In this document: one piece after another, positions 1 to 9,803 of the stretch
Position numbering within the stretch: the first letter of the stretch is position 1
Layout: the number at the start of each line of letters is the position of its first letter
Virus record (IMG/VR): IMGVR_UViG_3300042519_001698
Strand: one strand, 5' to 3'
Source of the DNA: a virus
Length of the DNA stretch: 64,000 nt
Notes under the pieces: generated by a model
Seen by the model: only the letters and a program-made list of their open reading frames with translations
The model's database searches: none
Told to the model about the DNA's origin: nothing
Position numbers and translations under genes: made by a program

Positions 1-125
1 AATGCTTGTGAAGCCTCGGGGAAAAACACCGCACCTACCACAATCATACCAATTACTACGATTTTCTTGAAGAAAACGACAAATAGAGTTAATATTGAAA
101 GTTTTATCATTAGACTTTTTTTCAT
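1..125 (-). CDS. Hypothetical membrane/secreted protein, 5' part only (MKKSLMIKLSILTLFVVFFKKIVVIGMIVVGAVFFPEASQA...)
   Basis: Hand translation from ATG at 125; hydrophobic N-terminus; preceded by a consensus Bacteroidota promoter; runs off the window edge. Confidence 0.6.
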   Translation of the reverse strand, partial: MKKSLMIKLSILTLFVVFFKKIVVIGMIVVGAVFFPEASQA

Positions 126-143
126 ATCTTTATTATTGAGACA

Positions 144-175
144 CAAAGATACAACACATATTCGAATATTCCAAA
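144..175 (-). promoter_or_regulatory. Bacteroidota sigma-A promoter TTTG-N20-TATCTTTG
   Basis: Plus strand caaagata 144-151 and caaa 172-175; 20-nt spacer matches the TTTG/TAnnTTTG consensus. Confidence 0.75.
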
Positions 176-195
176 TTTATTTAGTATTTTTAAAT

Positions 196-223
196 AAAAA
201 AAGGGTACCATTTCTGATACCCT
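196..223 (-). terminator. Intrinsic terminator after the tail sheath gene
   Basis: Minus strand AGGGUAUCA-GAAA-UGGUACCCU followed by a U-tract. Confidence 0.85.
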
Positions 224-247
224 CTTCCTTTTATATCTCCTTTTAGA

Positions 248-3112
248 TTAGATATTGTCAAATGAAGCTCCTGTTGGAGTAATTACGAACTCAACATCAA
301 TAAATTCAAGAGAACGAGTTGGTTTGATATATATCTTACCTCTCAATGTGTTCGCGTCGATATCTTCAGGGTCGTTAGACACACTTACACGGAAATCGTA
401 CAAACCTCTTTCTTTTTTGATTGATTCCAAGATAGGGTTTACCAATCTTAAGAATTCTTGTCTTACTTGGTCATCGTTTTGTTCAAACAATAATCTTACA
501 GCGACTGCAGAAATTAATTTTCTTGCTCTTAATAATAATCTTCTTACGTTGATTCTATCCAATGCGGATTCTTTAATTTGAAGAGTTTTGTTCCCCCAAA
601 TAATGGTACCTGTATCAGAGAAAGTTGCAATTGGGTTAACTCTTGATTTGTATAACTCATCTCTTTCATCTAAAGTTAATTTTTTAGACGCTCTGATTGC
701 GTTTACAATACCTCTTGAATAACCCGCCACCGCGAACCAAGGATATGAAATATTGTCTGTTAAAGCTATATTCTTTAATACCTCACCTGTTGGCGGAACA
801 TATAATTGTGTAGCATTATCAGTATCTCTAATTTGAATCCAAGGCCAATATGTTGCAGAATAGTTAGAATCGAAAGCTAAATCGTCAATAGCATTTGCCA
901 CTTCGGTTGATGAGTTTAAAACATCAGGACCTGGTGAATTGATAATGTAAATCGAATCCGCTCTTTCATTTTCAACCATGTCAATTGCTGCGGCGACTAA
1001 TGACTCGTGATTATACCAGTTAATACCTGCGGTTGAGAATACGTTAATATCCACAGCTTCAGGATTTTGGAATGTTTGTATACCTTCTAAGTAAGCGTAA
1101 TAATCTGAGTTTCCTGCCGCTGTACTGAAAACACCACCATTAGATGTGTCACCAGTTATGTAGGTATTTTTACCGAATATATATTCGCCACCTAAAGTTC
1201 TTACTTTTCTGTATATGTCCCAACCATCAAATCCACCACCTAACGCAAATGTGAATTTACGATAATTGATGTTAGTTAATTTATTAGTTGTTGGATTTGT
1301 TTGACCTTCTAAATCGTATGTTGTTGTTTGGTAAATTTGGTCACCGCCAGATGTTAAAATAGAAGATGCATTTGTTGATAGGTGAAAACCATAAGTTGCA
1401 CCATTTGATTCTGATCCTTTATATTTTAATAAATCTGCGTCGTAAGACGAACCTTCTTGTGTTGAAAATCCTAAAGTTACCCTTTTAACCTTATCACCAC
1501 CTGATAAAATTTCAGTACCGTCAGCCTCATAATACATTACATCACCTGAATTGTAATATTGAGTTTTGAAAATCACATTACCTAAACTTGAACTACCGAA
1601 AGCAGAATTCTTAACAAACCCTTTAAAACCCGCAGGGAATGCGTTTGACGGTGCGTTTTCTGACATGTTTAACATGATGTATTTTGAATTCAACGTATAT
1701 TGACCATCAGATGTACCAACTTTTCTTGCAACATAACCCGCAACATCAGGGTTCATAGAACATCTTGTGAATTTTTCAAGAACTACTTGATTGTCGTCAG
1801 TATCATAGAAATCACGAACTAATATGTCAAATTCACCTGTTTCAGTGTTAATATTTGAAATTGAAACTTTAACTTCTGTGTTTGCGGACTCACCATCTGA
1901 AATTGTTATAACCTCAAATAAATCATCTACTTTATTACCACGAACTTCAGAAACAACCATAGGAGATATTGGTGTGTCCCATTCTCTTAGAAAATTATTT
2001 CCTTCTGCATTTGTAGATAATGTTAAACTTAAACCTCTAATATACCCCTTTTCAAAGGCGGATTTTAAGAAGTTAGGATATTGTTCATACACGTAAATTG
2101 GGAAATCGGTGTTATTTTTATCATAAACATCGGTACCTAATACTTTAGTGATATATTTTTTAGATGTTGAATCTAAAGAACAATCAAACGATTTAACTCC
2201 ACTAGTGACACCTGTTACATTTAATGTAAAATCAGCAAGTGGATTATTTTCTAATCCAACACTCACAATTGAAACTTTGTTTGTTGCTTCAACTTCTAAA
2301 TTTAGTGTTTGTCCTGAATAGACACCTCTACTCCTTAATGCTGCAACAACAAAATTGTCATAATCAGTATTTTTAGTGGCATCATATGTGTATTTTGTTA
2401 CATCAAAAACGGTTGTACCACTGTTGTACTCAAATAAGTAACCGTAAATTTCATCTGTTCCGTTTGTTAATGAATTATACCATTCTTTATTGTTACTATT
2501 GTCTGCATTAAATTTTCCCGTTAAAGGCGAAACCTTTTCTGTTCCCGATGGATCTGAATCATCAATCATACCTAAAACAAACCAATCACCATCATTTGAA
2601 GCGGTATTACCACTAAAATTTTTGAATATGTAATCGGTAATTGTTGTTCCATCTACTGATGTTTTACCTGATAATTCTGAATATATTGTACTACCAGTTA
2701 ATGAAGAAAATGGGGATGGGTCTAATGTTGTACCAGTAGTACTTGTAGGTGTTGAACTTGATAGTTGCATTCCACCAATGGTTTTAATACCATAAGTCAT
2801 ACTTGGTTTATATCCCGTTTTTCCAAGAATCCTTGATACAAATAATTGATTTGATTCTTGTAGATAAGATTTTGCAAGATAAGGTAACTCATATTTTGGT
2901 TGACCCGCTCCATCTTTTTCAGGGGATGTTGTTCCGAAATAAGTTCTATACTCATCGAAATTTGAAACTAAAATCGGTTCGAAGGCTGGACCTTTTAATG
3001 TCTCACCAACTAAACCTAATGTTGTAACCCCCACGCTTTGGGCCACGAATGTAAGATCCTTCTCTGATGTATAGACACCTGGAGACACGAATACTCTGTT
3101 TGAATTTGCCAT
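248..3112 (-). CDS. gp18: Tail sheath protein (T4 gp18-like)
   Basis: N-terminal SPGVYTSEKDL; C-terminal YSATYWPW, PWFAVAG, WGNKTLQ, RINVRRLL sheath motifs; 954 aa. Confidence 0.95.
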   Translation of the reverse strand: MANSNRVFVSPGVYTSEKDLTFVAQSVGVTTLGLVGETLKGPAFEPILVSNFDEYRTYFGTTSPEKDGAGQPKYELPYLAKSYLQESNQLFVSRILGKTGYKPSMTYGIKTIGGMQLSSSTPTSTTGTTLDPSPFSSLTGSTIYSELSGKTSVDGTTITDYIFKNFSGNTASNDGDWFVLGMIDDSDPSGTEKVSPLTGKFNADNSNNKEWYNSLTNGTDEIYGYLFEYNSGTTVFDVTKYTYDATKNTDYDNFVVAALRSRGVYSGQTLNLEVEATNKVSIVSVGLENNPLADFTLNVTGVTSGVKSFDCSLDSTSKKYITKVLGTDVYDKNNTDFPIYVYEQYPNFLKSAFEKGYIRGLSLTLSTNAEGNNFLREWDTPISPMVVSEVRGNKVDDLFEVITISDGESANTEVKVSISNINTETGEFDILVRDFYDTDDNQVVLEKFTRCSMNPDVAGYVARKVGTSDGQYTLNSKYIMLNMSENAPSNAFPAGFKGFVKNSAFGSSSLGNVIFKTQYYNSGDVMYYEADGTEILSGGDKVKRVTLGFSTQEGSSYDADLLKYKGSESNGATYGFHLSTNASSILTSGGDQIYQTTTYDLEGQTNPTTNKLTNINYRKFTFALGGGFDGWDIYRKVRTLGGEYIFGKNTYITGDTSNGGVFSTAAGNSDYYAYLEGIQTFQNPEAVDINVFSTAGINWYNHESLVAAAIDMVENERADSIYIINSPGPDVLNSSTEVANAIDDLAFDSNYSATYWPWIQIRDTDNATQLYVPPTGEVLKNIALTDNISYPWFAVAGYSRGIVNAIRASKKLTLDERDELYKSRVNPIATFSDTGTIIWGNKTLQIKESALDRINVRRLLLRARKLISAVAVRLLFEQNDDQVRQEFLRLVNPILESIKKERGLYDFRVSVSNDPEDIDANTLRGKIYIKPTRSLEFIDVEFVITPTGASFDNI

Positions 3113-3204
3113 TGATAATTATTTGATTAATTTTTTTTATTACTTATCTATAAATATCTTTGTTTTTATCAAAGATTTCCGTACTTTTTTTTAAAAGATA
3201 GTAA

Positions 3205-3233
3205 TTTATCTTTTTTTATCTTTATTTATCTTT
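3205..3233 (+). repeat. Three TTTATCTTT direct repeats at exact 10-bp spacing; inverted AAAGATA copy at 3194-3200
   Basis: Copies start at 3205, 3215 and 3225, immediately before the ATG at 3238. Confidence 0.8.
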
Positions 3234-3237
3234 ACAT

Positions 3238-3396
3238 ATGGAAAACAAATCAAAAAACGTAAAAATCAGTGAAAAGCATCATGAAATGTTAAAAGTCCAT
3301 TGTGAAAAAAACGGACTCAAAATCTATAAAATTTTAGAAAAATGGATAGAGGACTATTGTAAACCTAAAAAGAAAGATATGTACGGTGATGATTAA
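3238..3396 (+). CDS. Small ribbon-helix-helix-like DNA-binding protein, 52 aa (absent from the ORF track)
   Basis: MENKSKNVKISEKHHEMLKVHCEKNGLKIYKILEKWIEDYCKPKKKDMYGDD; beta-alpha-alpha pattern of Arc/CopG. Confidence 0.7.
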   Translation: MENKSKNVKISEKHHEMLKVHCEKNGLKIYKILEKWIEDYCKPKKKDMYGDD

Positions 3397-3908
3397 AAAA
3401 AGTAACTAATACTAATTTTAGAACCAATAACTGGATTGTATAAGTATTGGATTTGTTTATCACTATAAATAATAAAACCTCCATCATCCCCCTCTTCCAC
3501 AAGTTCTTCTTCCGCCAAACCGTTGGTTTCAACAGTCATCAAACTATTAATAGATTGTGATAAGTTAAATAAGGTTGAACCCGTGTAAACAAACTCTTCT
3601 TTTCTGAATTGAATTAACTTACCTGTATTATCTAACATAACACTATTAATACCCTTATAGTATTGTATGGTTATAATTGAATTTGGATATAAAGTTTGAA
3701 GAAATGTAATTTTAGAAGTAAATTGAGTGTGTGTAAAATCTGTATTTTGTATTTGAGCAATACCATTTATTGCAACCGAAAATAACGTTCCGATATTCTC
3801 ACCAACACTAAATTGAGTTTCATTACCGTTTGATACAAATGATGTGGTAGCAATATTGACCGCTCTATTAATTTGGTTTGGGTAAGTCTCTTTTATATAT
3901 TCGTACAT
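3393..3908 (-). CDS. Putative virion protein; paralog of the C-terminal region of the adjacent gp15-like protein
   Basis: FSVGENIGTLFSVAING...YYKG...GKLIQFRKEEFVYTG aligns by eye with FSVGESIGVLFDVLVNG...YYKG...GKILQFTRDEFNYTG. Confidence 0.7.
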   Translation of the reverse strand: MYEYIKETYPNQINRAVNIATTSFVSNGNETQFSVGENIGTLFSVAINGIAQIQNTDFTHTQFTSKITFLQTLYPNSIITIQYYKGINSVMLDNTGKLIQFRKEEFVYTGSTLFNLSQSINSLMTVETNGLAEEELVEEGDDGGFIIYSDKQIQYLYNPVIGSKISISYFF

Positions 3909-3921
3909 AATATATTATTTT

Positions 3922-5220
3922 TTAATATAAATAACCTATAGATATTTTTGAATTTATTGCTGGTAAACCTAATAATTTAATAGACTTCACTACAATATCA
4001 TTTATGGTTACATCATAAATTTCATAACCAATATTTTCTCTTTCCGATAAACCATTAATCTCCACTGTAATTATTTCTGTAAATTCATAACTTGTAGTGT
4101 AAATTGGATTATTATCTAAACCTACAGGTTCATCTCCTGTGTAATTAAATTCATCTCTCGTAAATTGTAAAATTTTACCGTTATCACCCGCAATTTTATT
4201 ACTTTTACCTTTATAATAAAGAATTGTTACGGTGTCACCTTCATTCGGAAAAATAGGTTGTCCTGAAGTTTGAATAAATTCAATTTTGGAAGTGTAGGCA
4301 ATGTGTAAATAATCTACATTTTTAGTTTGAACCACACCATTTACTAAAACATCAAATAATACACCAATACTTTCACCCACACTGAATATTTTTTGTAATC
4401 CATCTGCAACCGATGTTGATTTTTGAACCACATTATCTTTATTAAAGCTTTTTTTACTTTTTAAATTAGTATCTACCACAAATTCAAACATGGTGAATAG
4501 TCTATTTATCGCTGGCTTAACTTCAAACTCATCACTATCAATTAAATAACCCAACATGGTAAATGAATAGTTCTGCATATAGAATCTTCTACCTTCTAAT
4601 GTGTCCATAGGGGTGTTATCTTCTACTTTATCTAAAATAATTGGGATGTAATGTCCTTTTATCGTTGTGTAATCTTGTCTTGACGCGAAATTTTGTAATA
4701 CCTTTCTGTTGAATTTGTTTATATCCCTAAACTTATTACAAATAATAATAACATCATAAGATATGTCCACAGGTATTGGTTGTGGAATGGTATAAATGTC
4801 AGCACCTAAAGCAGCTCCATCCCAAGTGGGTACGGACGCATAATATATTTGGTGTCTATCAGGTATTGTTCTTTGTACTGATGGATTTGTACCTAATTGA
4901 ACTTCAGGTCTCCTAATGATAGCAATAAATGGTAATTCCATATTCCCGTCCTTATCGGAAAATTCCCAATTGTTGGCAAACTCACCCCATCTTTGTATTG
5001 TTAATATTTTATCAATAACAGGAATACGATGACCTTCGGATTCAACAATAAATGTTTCATTTACATAATCTAACATACCTCTATCTAAATCATCATGTAA
5101 TATTGAGTCGGGAAGAAACGTGTCGGACTTAGTTATTTTATCCAATAACTCTTGTCTTCTTTTGGTTAATTCCTGACCCTTGTAAACCGATAAATTCGTC
5201 TTCCTTTTTGGTAATGGCAT
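3922..5220 (-). CDS. Tail terminator/sheath stabiliser (T4 gp15-like) with C-terminal extension; start moved to MPLPKRK
   Basis: LPFIAIIRR and PIPVDISYDVIII...INKFNRKVLQNF resemble gp15; adjacent to the gp14-like gene. Confidence 0.65.
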   Translation of the reverse strand: MPLPKRKTNLSVYKGQELTKRRQELLDKITKSDTFLPDSILHDDLDRGMLDYVNETFIVESEGHRIPVIDKILTIQRWGEFANNWEFSDKDGNMELPFIAIIRRPEVQLGTNPSVQRTIPDRHQIYYASVPTWDGAALGADIYTIPQPIPVDISYDVIIICNKFRDINKFNRKVLQNFASRQDYTTIKGHYIPIILDKVEDNTPMDTLEGRRFYMQNYSFTMLGYLIDSDEFEVKPAINRLFTMFEFVVDTNLKSKKSFNKDNVVQKSTSVADGLQKIFSVGESIGVLFDVLVNGVVQTKNVDYLHIAYTSKIEFIQTSGQPIFPNEGDTVTILYYKGKSNKIAGDNGKILQFTRDEFNYTGDEPVGLDNNPIYTTSYEFTEIITVEINGLSERENIGYEIYDVTINDIVVKSIKLLGLPAINSKISIGYLY

Positions 5221-5221
5221 A

Positions 5222-5734
5222 TTATACTCCTCTAAATGATTTGTCTTGTACAGGTGCACAAGTTATTGTTCTATAATGTGGTTTATAACCCCACATACTA
5301 TGTTTATTATCCGAAGTAACTTTACCGTCATTGGTTACTGTATAGTATCTTGTTCTTGTTTCAGATTCAGGATATCCAACATAGTCACCATATCTAATAT
5401 CTACCCCCAATTCACTTAAATGTTTAATATAAACAGATAGTATCATATTACCTGGTTCATTATAATGTAATAAACCATTTTTATATGTTGAATTTTTTGG
5501 TTCTTCAATTTTAACTAAGGCGTTAAACTCCATAGGTGGGAAATATTTAATCTCATCCATCCCAACCTCAGCATATACGTCATCTATAGTCGTTTTCTGT
5601 CTATCCACACGATATAACACTAATTTAAAGTTAATGTCACCATGTAGATACTCTTGTCCCATCTGTATATTGATGTCAAAATCGTCTTGGGATATGAATT
5701 TAGATAATCTTGTAATTGGTAGTTTATTGTCCAT
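5222..5734 (-). CDS. Neck/head-closure protein (T4 gp14-like)
   Basis: Size, VLYRVD...DDVYAE pattern and position next to the gp15-like gene. Confidence 0.6.
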   Translation of the reverse strand: MDNKLPITRLSKFISQDDFDINIQMGQEYLHGDINFKLVLYRVDRQKTTIDDVYAEVGMDEIKYFPPMEFNALVKIEEPKNSTYKNGLLHYNEPGNMILSVYIKHLSELGVDIRYGDYVGYPESETRTRYYTVTNDGKVTSDNKHSMWGYKPHYRTITCAPVQDKSFRGV

Positions 5735-5784
5735 ACCCTAATAAATAGTTTAATCTTCCATTCTATTTATGTATATTTTAAAAG

Positions 5785-7536
5785 ATGTCAAAAATGATTC
5801 CAGAAATAGAAGCGAGAGAAGTACTATCAACATACGAAGGTTCCAACAATCAATTGTTAGATTGGAAGAAAAAGTTTGTCGATGTTAAGAATTTTAAATT
5901 AACAAGACCACAATCTGAGTATGTTTTAAAGTATAAAGACGTGGTACCAAAAGTGGCGAGAAAGTATATTAATATAGTTTCAACATTTGGTGAAAAAATA
6001 ATGGAAGATAGATTACTTCCAAAACCACCTGAAAAAATTTGGTGTGAAAAACTATTGTGTGATTCTGAAAAGGCGTTTCATATTTGGGGTAAAATTATAG
6101 ATAGTGAACAAAATCACGCAATGTGGTTACCTAAAGCAGCAATCGTTCAAGAAGAGAAAAAATTAGACAGAATTATAGATTACTCAAAGTATGATAGTCG
6201 TCCTCCCATGGAACACCAAAAGGTCGCCATTGAAAAATTATTGGCTAATGATAAGTTTATATTAGCCGATGATATGGGTCTCGGAAAAACTACCGCTGCG
6301 GTTATTGCATCAATGGAGTGTGATGTAAAGAAAGTTTTAATAGTTTGTCCAGCATCCCTTAAAATAAATTGGGAAAGAGAGATTAAAAATTACACAGATA
6401 AAAAAGTTTTAATAGTGGAAGGTCGTAAGTGGGGATCTACTTTTGATTACTATATTATCAACTACGATATATTAAAGAATTATCATACAACAGAAAAAAG
6501 TGAAGATAGTGATGATTATAAATTATTGGTAAATGAAAAGTTTGATTTGGCAATTGTGGATGAGGCACATTATGTTTCAAACACAACCGCCAACAGAACT
6601 CGTTTATTAAATGACGTATTGGAAACCATACCAAGGGTTTGGTTATTAACGGGTACACCCATGACATCTCGTCCAATAAATTATTTTAATCTTCTTAAAA
6701 TTGTTGATTCACCATTAGCATTAAATTGGCAATCGTATGTTCGTAGATACTGTAAAGGTTATCAATTTTCGGTTGGGAATAGAAAAGTGTGGAATACAAG
6801 TGGAGCTAGTAATTTAGATGAATTACGTGAACGTACTAAATCATATGTTCTCCGTAGGATGAAAATTGATATCCTTGATTTACCCGAAAAAATTGTTACT
6901 CCTGTTTTTGTGGAACTTACAAGTAAAATGTATGATGAGGAGTTAGAAGAGTTTACAAGAATTAGTAATGATAAGAAGGATAACGAAACTATTAGTGTTA
7001 CCTTAAATCGTTTGATGAAAATTAGACAACTTATTGCTTATGAAAAAGTTCCATACACTTGTGAGATTATAGATAAATGTTTAGACCAAGGAAAAAAAGT
7101 AATTGTATTTACTAACTTTACAATGTCATTAGATATGTTACATGAAAAATACAAAAAGAATTCTGTAATACTAAATGGTAGTATGTCTAAGGAAAAGAAA
7201 CAAGAGAGTGTTGATAGATTTCAAAATGAAGATAAGATAAAAATATTCATATCAAATATTGTCGCTGGTGGTGTTGGTATTACATTAACGGCGGGTGAGG
7301 TTGTTGTTATGAATGACTTATCATTTGTACCCGCACATCATAGTCAAGCGGAAGATAGAGCTTATAGGTACGGACAAAAAAATAGTGTTCTCGTATACTA
7401 TCCTGTATTTGAGAACACCGTTGAAAAGATTATCTATAATATATTACAAAAAAAGAAAGGTGTTATTGACCAAGTAATGGGAGACGGTGAATATTCGGAA
7501 TCTTTCAGTAAAGATTTACTTAAGAGCCTCTTTTAA
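5785..7536 (+). CDS. SNF2-family (SMARCAL1/HARP-like) helicase/translocase
   Basis: ILADDMGLGKT, IVDEAH, LLTGTP, GVGITLT, QAEDRAYRYGQ. Confidence 0.93.
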   Translation: MSKMIPEIEAREVLSTYEGSNNQLLDWKKKFVDVKNFKLTRPQSEYVLKYKDVVPKVARKYINIVSTFGEKIMEDRLLPKPPEKIWCEKLLCDSEKAFHIWGKIIDSEQNHAMWLPKAAIVQEEKKLDRIIDYSKYDSRPPMEHQKVAIEKLLANDKFILADDMGLGKTTAAVIASMECDVKKVLIVCPASLKINWEREIKNYTDKKVLIVEGRKWGSTFDYYIINYDILKNYHTTEKSEDSDDYKLLVNEKFDLAIVDEAHYVSNTTANRTRLLNDVLETIPRVWLLTGTPMTSRPINYFNLLKIVDSPLALNWQSYVRRYCKGYQFSVGNRKVWNTSGASNLDELRERTKSYVLRRMKIDILDLPEKIVTPVFVELTSKMYDEELEEFTRISNDKKDNETISVTLNRLMKIRQLIAYEKVPYTCEIIDKCLDQGKKVIVFTNFTMSLDMLHEKYKKNSVILNGSMSKEKKQESVDRFQNEDKIKIFISNIVAGGVGITLTAGEVVVMNDLSFVPAHHSQAEDRAYRYGQKNSVLVYYPVFENTVEKIIYNILQKKKGVIDQVMGDGEYSESFSKDLLKSLF

Positions 7537-7716
7537 TTCTAAAATCTTTTTATCTAATAAATTATCAAATTCCTTATCCTTATCATTCGGTATATTGATA
7601 AGGAATTTTTTTTCTTCTTTATTATACTCAACACTATTTGTTTCACCTTCTTTAGTGATTCTAAATTTTATGTCGTTTATTCCACATAGTTGTACTAATT
7701 CATTAAATTTATTCAT
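7516..7716 (-). CDS. Hypothetical protein
   Basis: 66-aa ORF coupled to the upstream minus-strand gene. Confidence 0.6.
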   Translation of the reverse strand: MNKFNELVQLCGINDIKFRITKEGETNSVEYNKEEKKFLINIPNDKDKEFDNLLDKKILELKEALK

Positions 7717-8647
7717 TGTAAAAAATATCTTTGTGTTTTAATTCCTCATCAAAAAAAATATATCCTGTTCCATCAAAAAATTTCATTTTAGTATAGTCTT
7801 TTCTTAACACTAAAATTCTTTTTTCACCAACAACAAAAACAAAATAATCACATCTTGATGTTCTACTTACCGACGGTGCTTTTATTTTATATCCCCCCTC
7901 TACTTTTATTATTGTACCAACTCCTTTTACTTGATGTGTTTTTTTCTGAAATGAAATATTATCAATTGAATGTGTTGTCCACACATCAACCCCCTCGTCC
8001 ATATCGGCAGAATCCCCCCTACCCGATGATGATTTTAATTCAACAATATCATTAAAAAAGTCTTTTATATTGTCAACATAAAATTTTTGTCTTTCATCAC
8101 CCTTATTCATTGATGAATCACACGCCCCCTCTAATAGATTATACATTTCACTACCACTTATAAAAATTTGATTTTTATAATGTTTTAACAATACCAATAT
8201 TTTTGTAATTTTATCATTCGTAGTTTGAATTGATTCATTACTACTAAATTGAAATTGATTTTGATATGAAAACATAACCCCATCAATAGTAAAACTTTCT
8301 TTTTTTCGTAATCTATAATAATCTAATAATATTTTATTACATCTATTAATTAAAATGACATGACACGTGTAATTGGTATTGATTTGATTTAAGAAACTCC
8401 ATGGATTTGATTGACCTTCAAAAACAACACCAAATTGACCAATCCTTGCGTTTTCAGTTGGGTTTTGCAACCATTTACCCAAAGGTTCGTATATTTCTTT
8501 TAAAATTAAATTTATCTCATCACTGAGTGGAAATTTAATTAAATTCTGATTTTGCCACGATGAAACAACATCAAAATCAACTAAAACTAACAAAGGGTCT
8601 TTTTTTGGTAACGACTTTAATTTATCTCTTAATTCTATTTGGTTCAT
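7709..8647 (-). CDS. Hypothetical protein with possible C-terminal PD-(D/E)xK nuclease domain; start moved to MNQIELR
   Basis: D-x3-G-V-D...H-Q-V-K pattern; TATATTTG element (plus caaatata 8654-8661) just upstream of ATG 8647. Confidence 0.55.
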   Translation of the reverse strand: MNQIELRDKLKSLPKKDPLLVLVDFDVVSSWQNQNLIKFPLSDEINLILKEIYEPLGKWLQNPTENARIGQFGVVFEGQSNPWSFLNQINTNYTCHVILINRCNKILLDYYRLRKKESFTIDGVMFSYQNQFQFSSNESIQTTNDKITKILVLLKHYKNQIFISGSEMYNLLEGACDSSMNKGDERQKFYVDNIKDFFNDIVELKSSSGRGDSADMDEGVDVWTTHSIDNISFQKKTHQVKGVGTIIKVEGGYKIKAPSVSRTSRCDYFVFVVGEKRILVLRKDYTKMKFFDGTGYIFFDEELKHKDIFYNE

Positions 8648-8687
8648 AATACACAAATATACGATATTTATAGGAATATACAAAATT

Positions 8688-9803
8688 ATGGCGACAATTA
8701 TCACACCGGAAGAAAAAGAAAAATTATATACACAGGTTTTCCACCTATTAGGTATGCCAGTTCGTGGTATAGAGTTAACTCAAGAACAAATGGATACCTT
8801 TTTGGAGTTATCCATATCAGAATACGAACAATACGTTAGTGATTGGTTAATTGAGTCCCAATGGTCATCATTATTGGGTCTTAATTTAGACACTCAATCA
8901 TTAAGTAGGGCCTTTACCACAAGAAGTGTGGATTATGAAACTCAGTTTACTTACGCCTACTCTAAAATCGTTGGTTTACAGGCTGGTGGTGAATCCGAAT
9001 TAAAAAAGGACTACTTTGAGTTAGTTGCTGGTCAACAGATGTATGAAATACCTGCAGGTCGTGAAATAAATGAATTATTATGGTTTAGTAGAGCAACACT
9101 TACAGATTCTATTGTTGATCCGTTTATTGGTGGTTTTGGTGGTCTTGGTGGGGTGGGATTTGGTGGATTTGGAGGGATGGCTCAAATGGGTAATGCGGGT
9201 TCATACTTTATGATGCCGGCTTTCGATATGTTACTTAGAATGGGGGATAGAAGTATTAAGAATCGTTTAATTGGTGGTGACTTGACATACAGAATCACTG
9301 CGGGCCCTGAAGGTAAGAAATACATACACTTATATAATGTACCGGGAGGAAAATATGACTTTGGTGCAATTCAAAAGGGTAATTACCAAGTTTGGTATTG
9401 GTTTTATGATACTATGGATAGAGATACTTGTTTAGAAAAAAATAGAGATATTGTAAAACTTCCCTCTGATGTTATGACCGAACAATTAACATGGGATAAA
9501 TTAAATAAACCTTCTCAGAACTGGGTTAGAAAATATCTAATTGCATATTCTAAAGAAGGTTTAGGTAGAATTTGGGGTAAATTTTCAGGTGACTTACAAG
9601 TTCCTGATAGTACTATTAAATTGGATTATTCTTCATTAATTACGGAAGGTAAAGATGAGAAACAAAAATTAATTGAAGAATTAATGCAACGTCTTGAAAG
9701 ATTACGACCAGACAAGATGATTGAAAGAAAGGCAAACGAAGCTGAAAATCTGAACAAGTCACTTAAATTCAGAGCGATGCCTTCCCCAATCAATGTTATC
9801 TAA
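8688..9803 (+). CDS. Neck/head-tail adaptor (T4 gp13-like)
   Basis: N-terminal LLGMPVRGIELTQEQM...LELSISEY; C-terminal WVRKYLIAYSKEGLGRIWGKF. Confidence 0.8.
   Translation: MATIITPEEKEKLYTQVFHLLGMPVRGIELTQEQMDTFLELSISEYEQYVSDWLIESQWSSLLGLNLDTQSLSRAFTTRSVDYETQFTYAYSKIVGLQAGGESELKKDYFELVAGQQMYEIPAGREINELLWFSRATLTDSIVDPFIGGFGGLGGVGFGGFGGMAQMGNAGSYFMMPAFDMLLRMGDRSIKNRLIGGDLTYRITAGPEGKKYIHLYNVPGGKYDFGAIQKGNYQVWYWFYDTMDRDTCLEKNRDIVKLPSDVMTEQLTWDKLNKPSQNWVRKYLIAYSKEGLGRIWGKFSGDLQVPDSTIKLDYSSLITEGKDEKQKLIEELMQRLERLRPDKMIERKANEAENLNKSLKFRAMPSPINVI

Noticed and set aside
3149-3156. Canonical sense-strand T4 late promoter for the RHH gene
   Set aside because: At all non-divergent sites the motif is oriented TATTTATA on the coding strand, so this copy more likely serves the sheath gene
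7487-7741. Plus-strand 84-aa ORF
   Set aside because: Shadow of the minus-strand 7516-7716 gene and the helicase end
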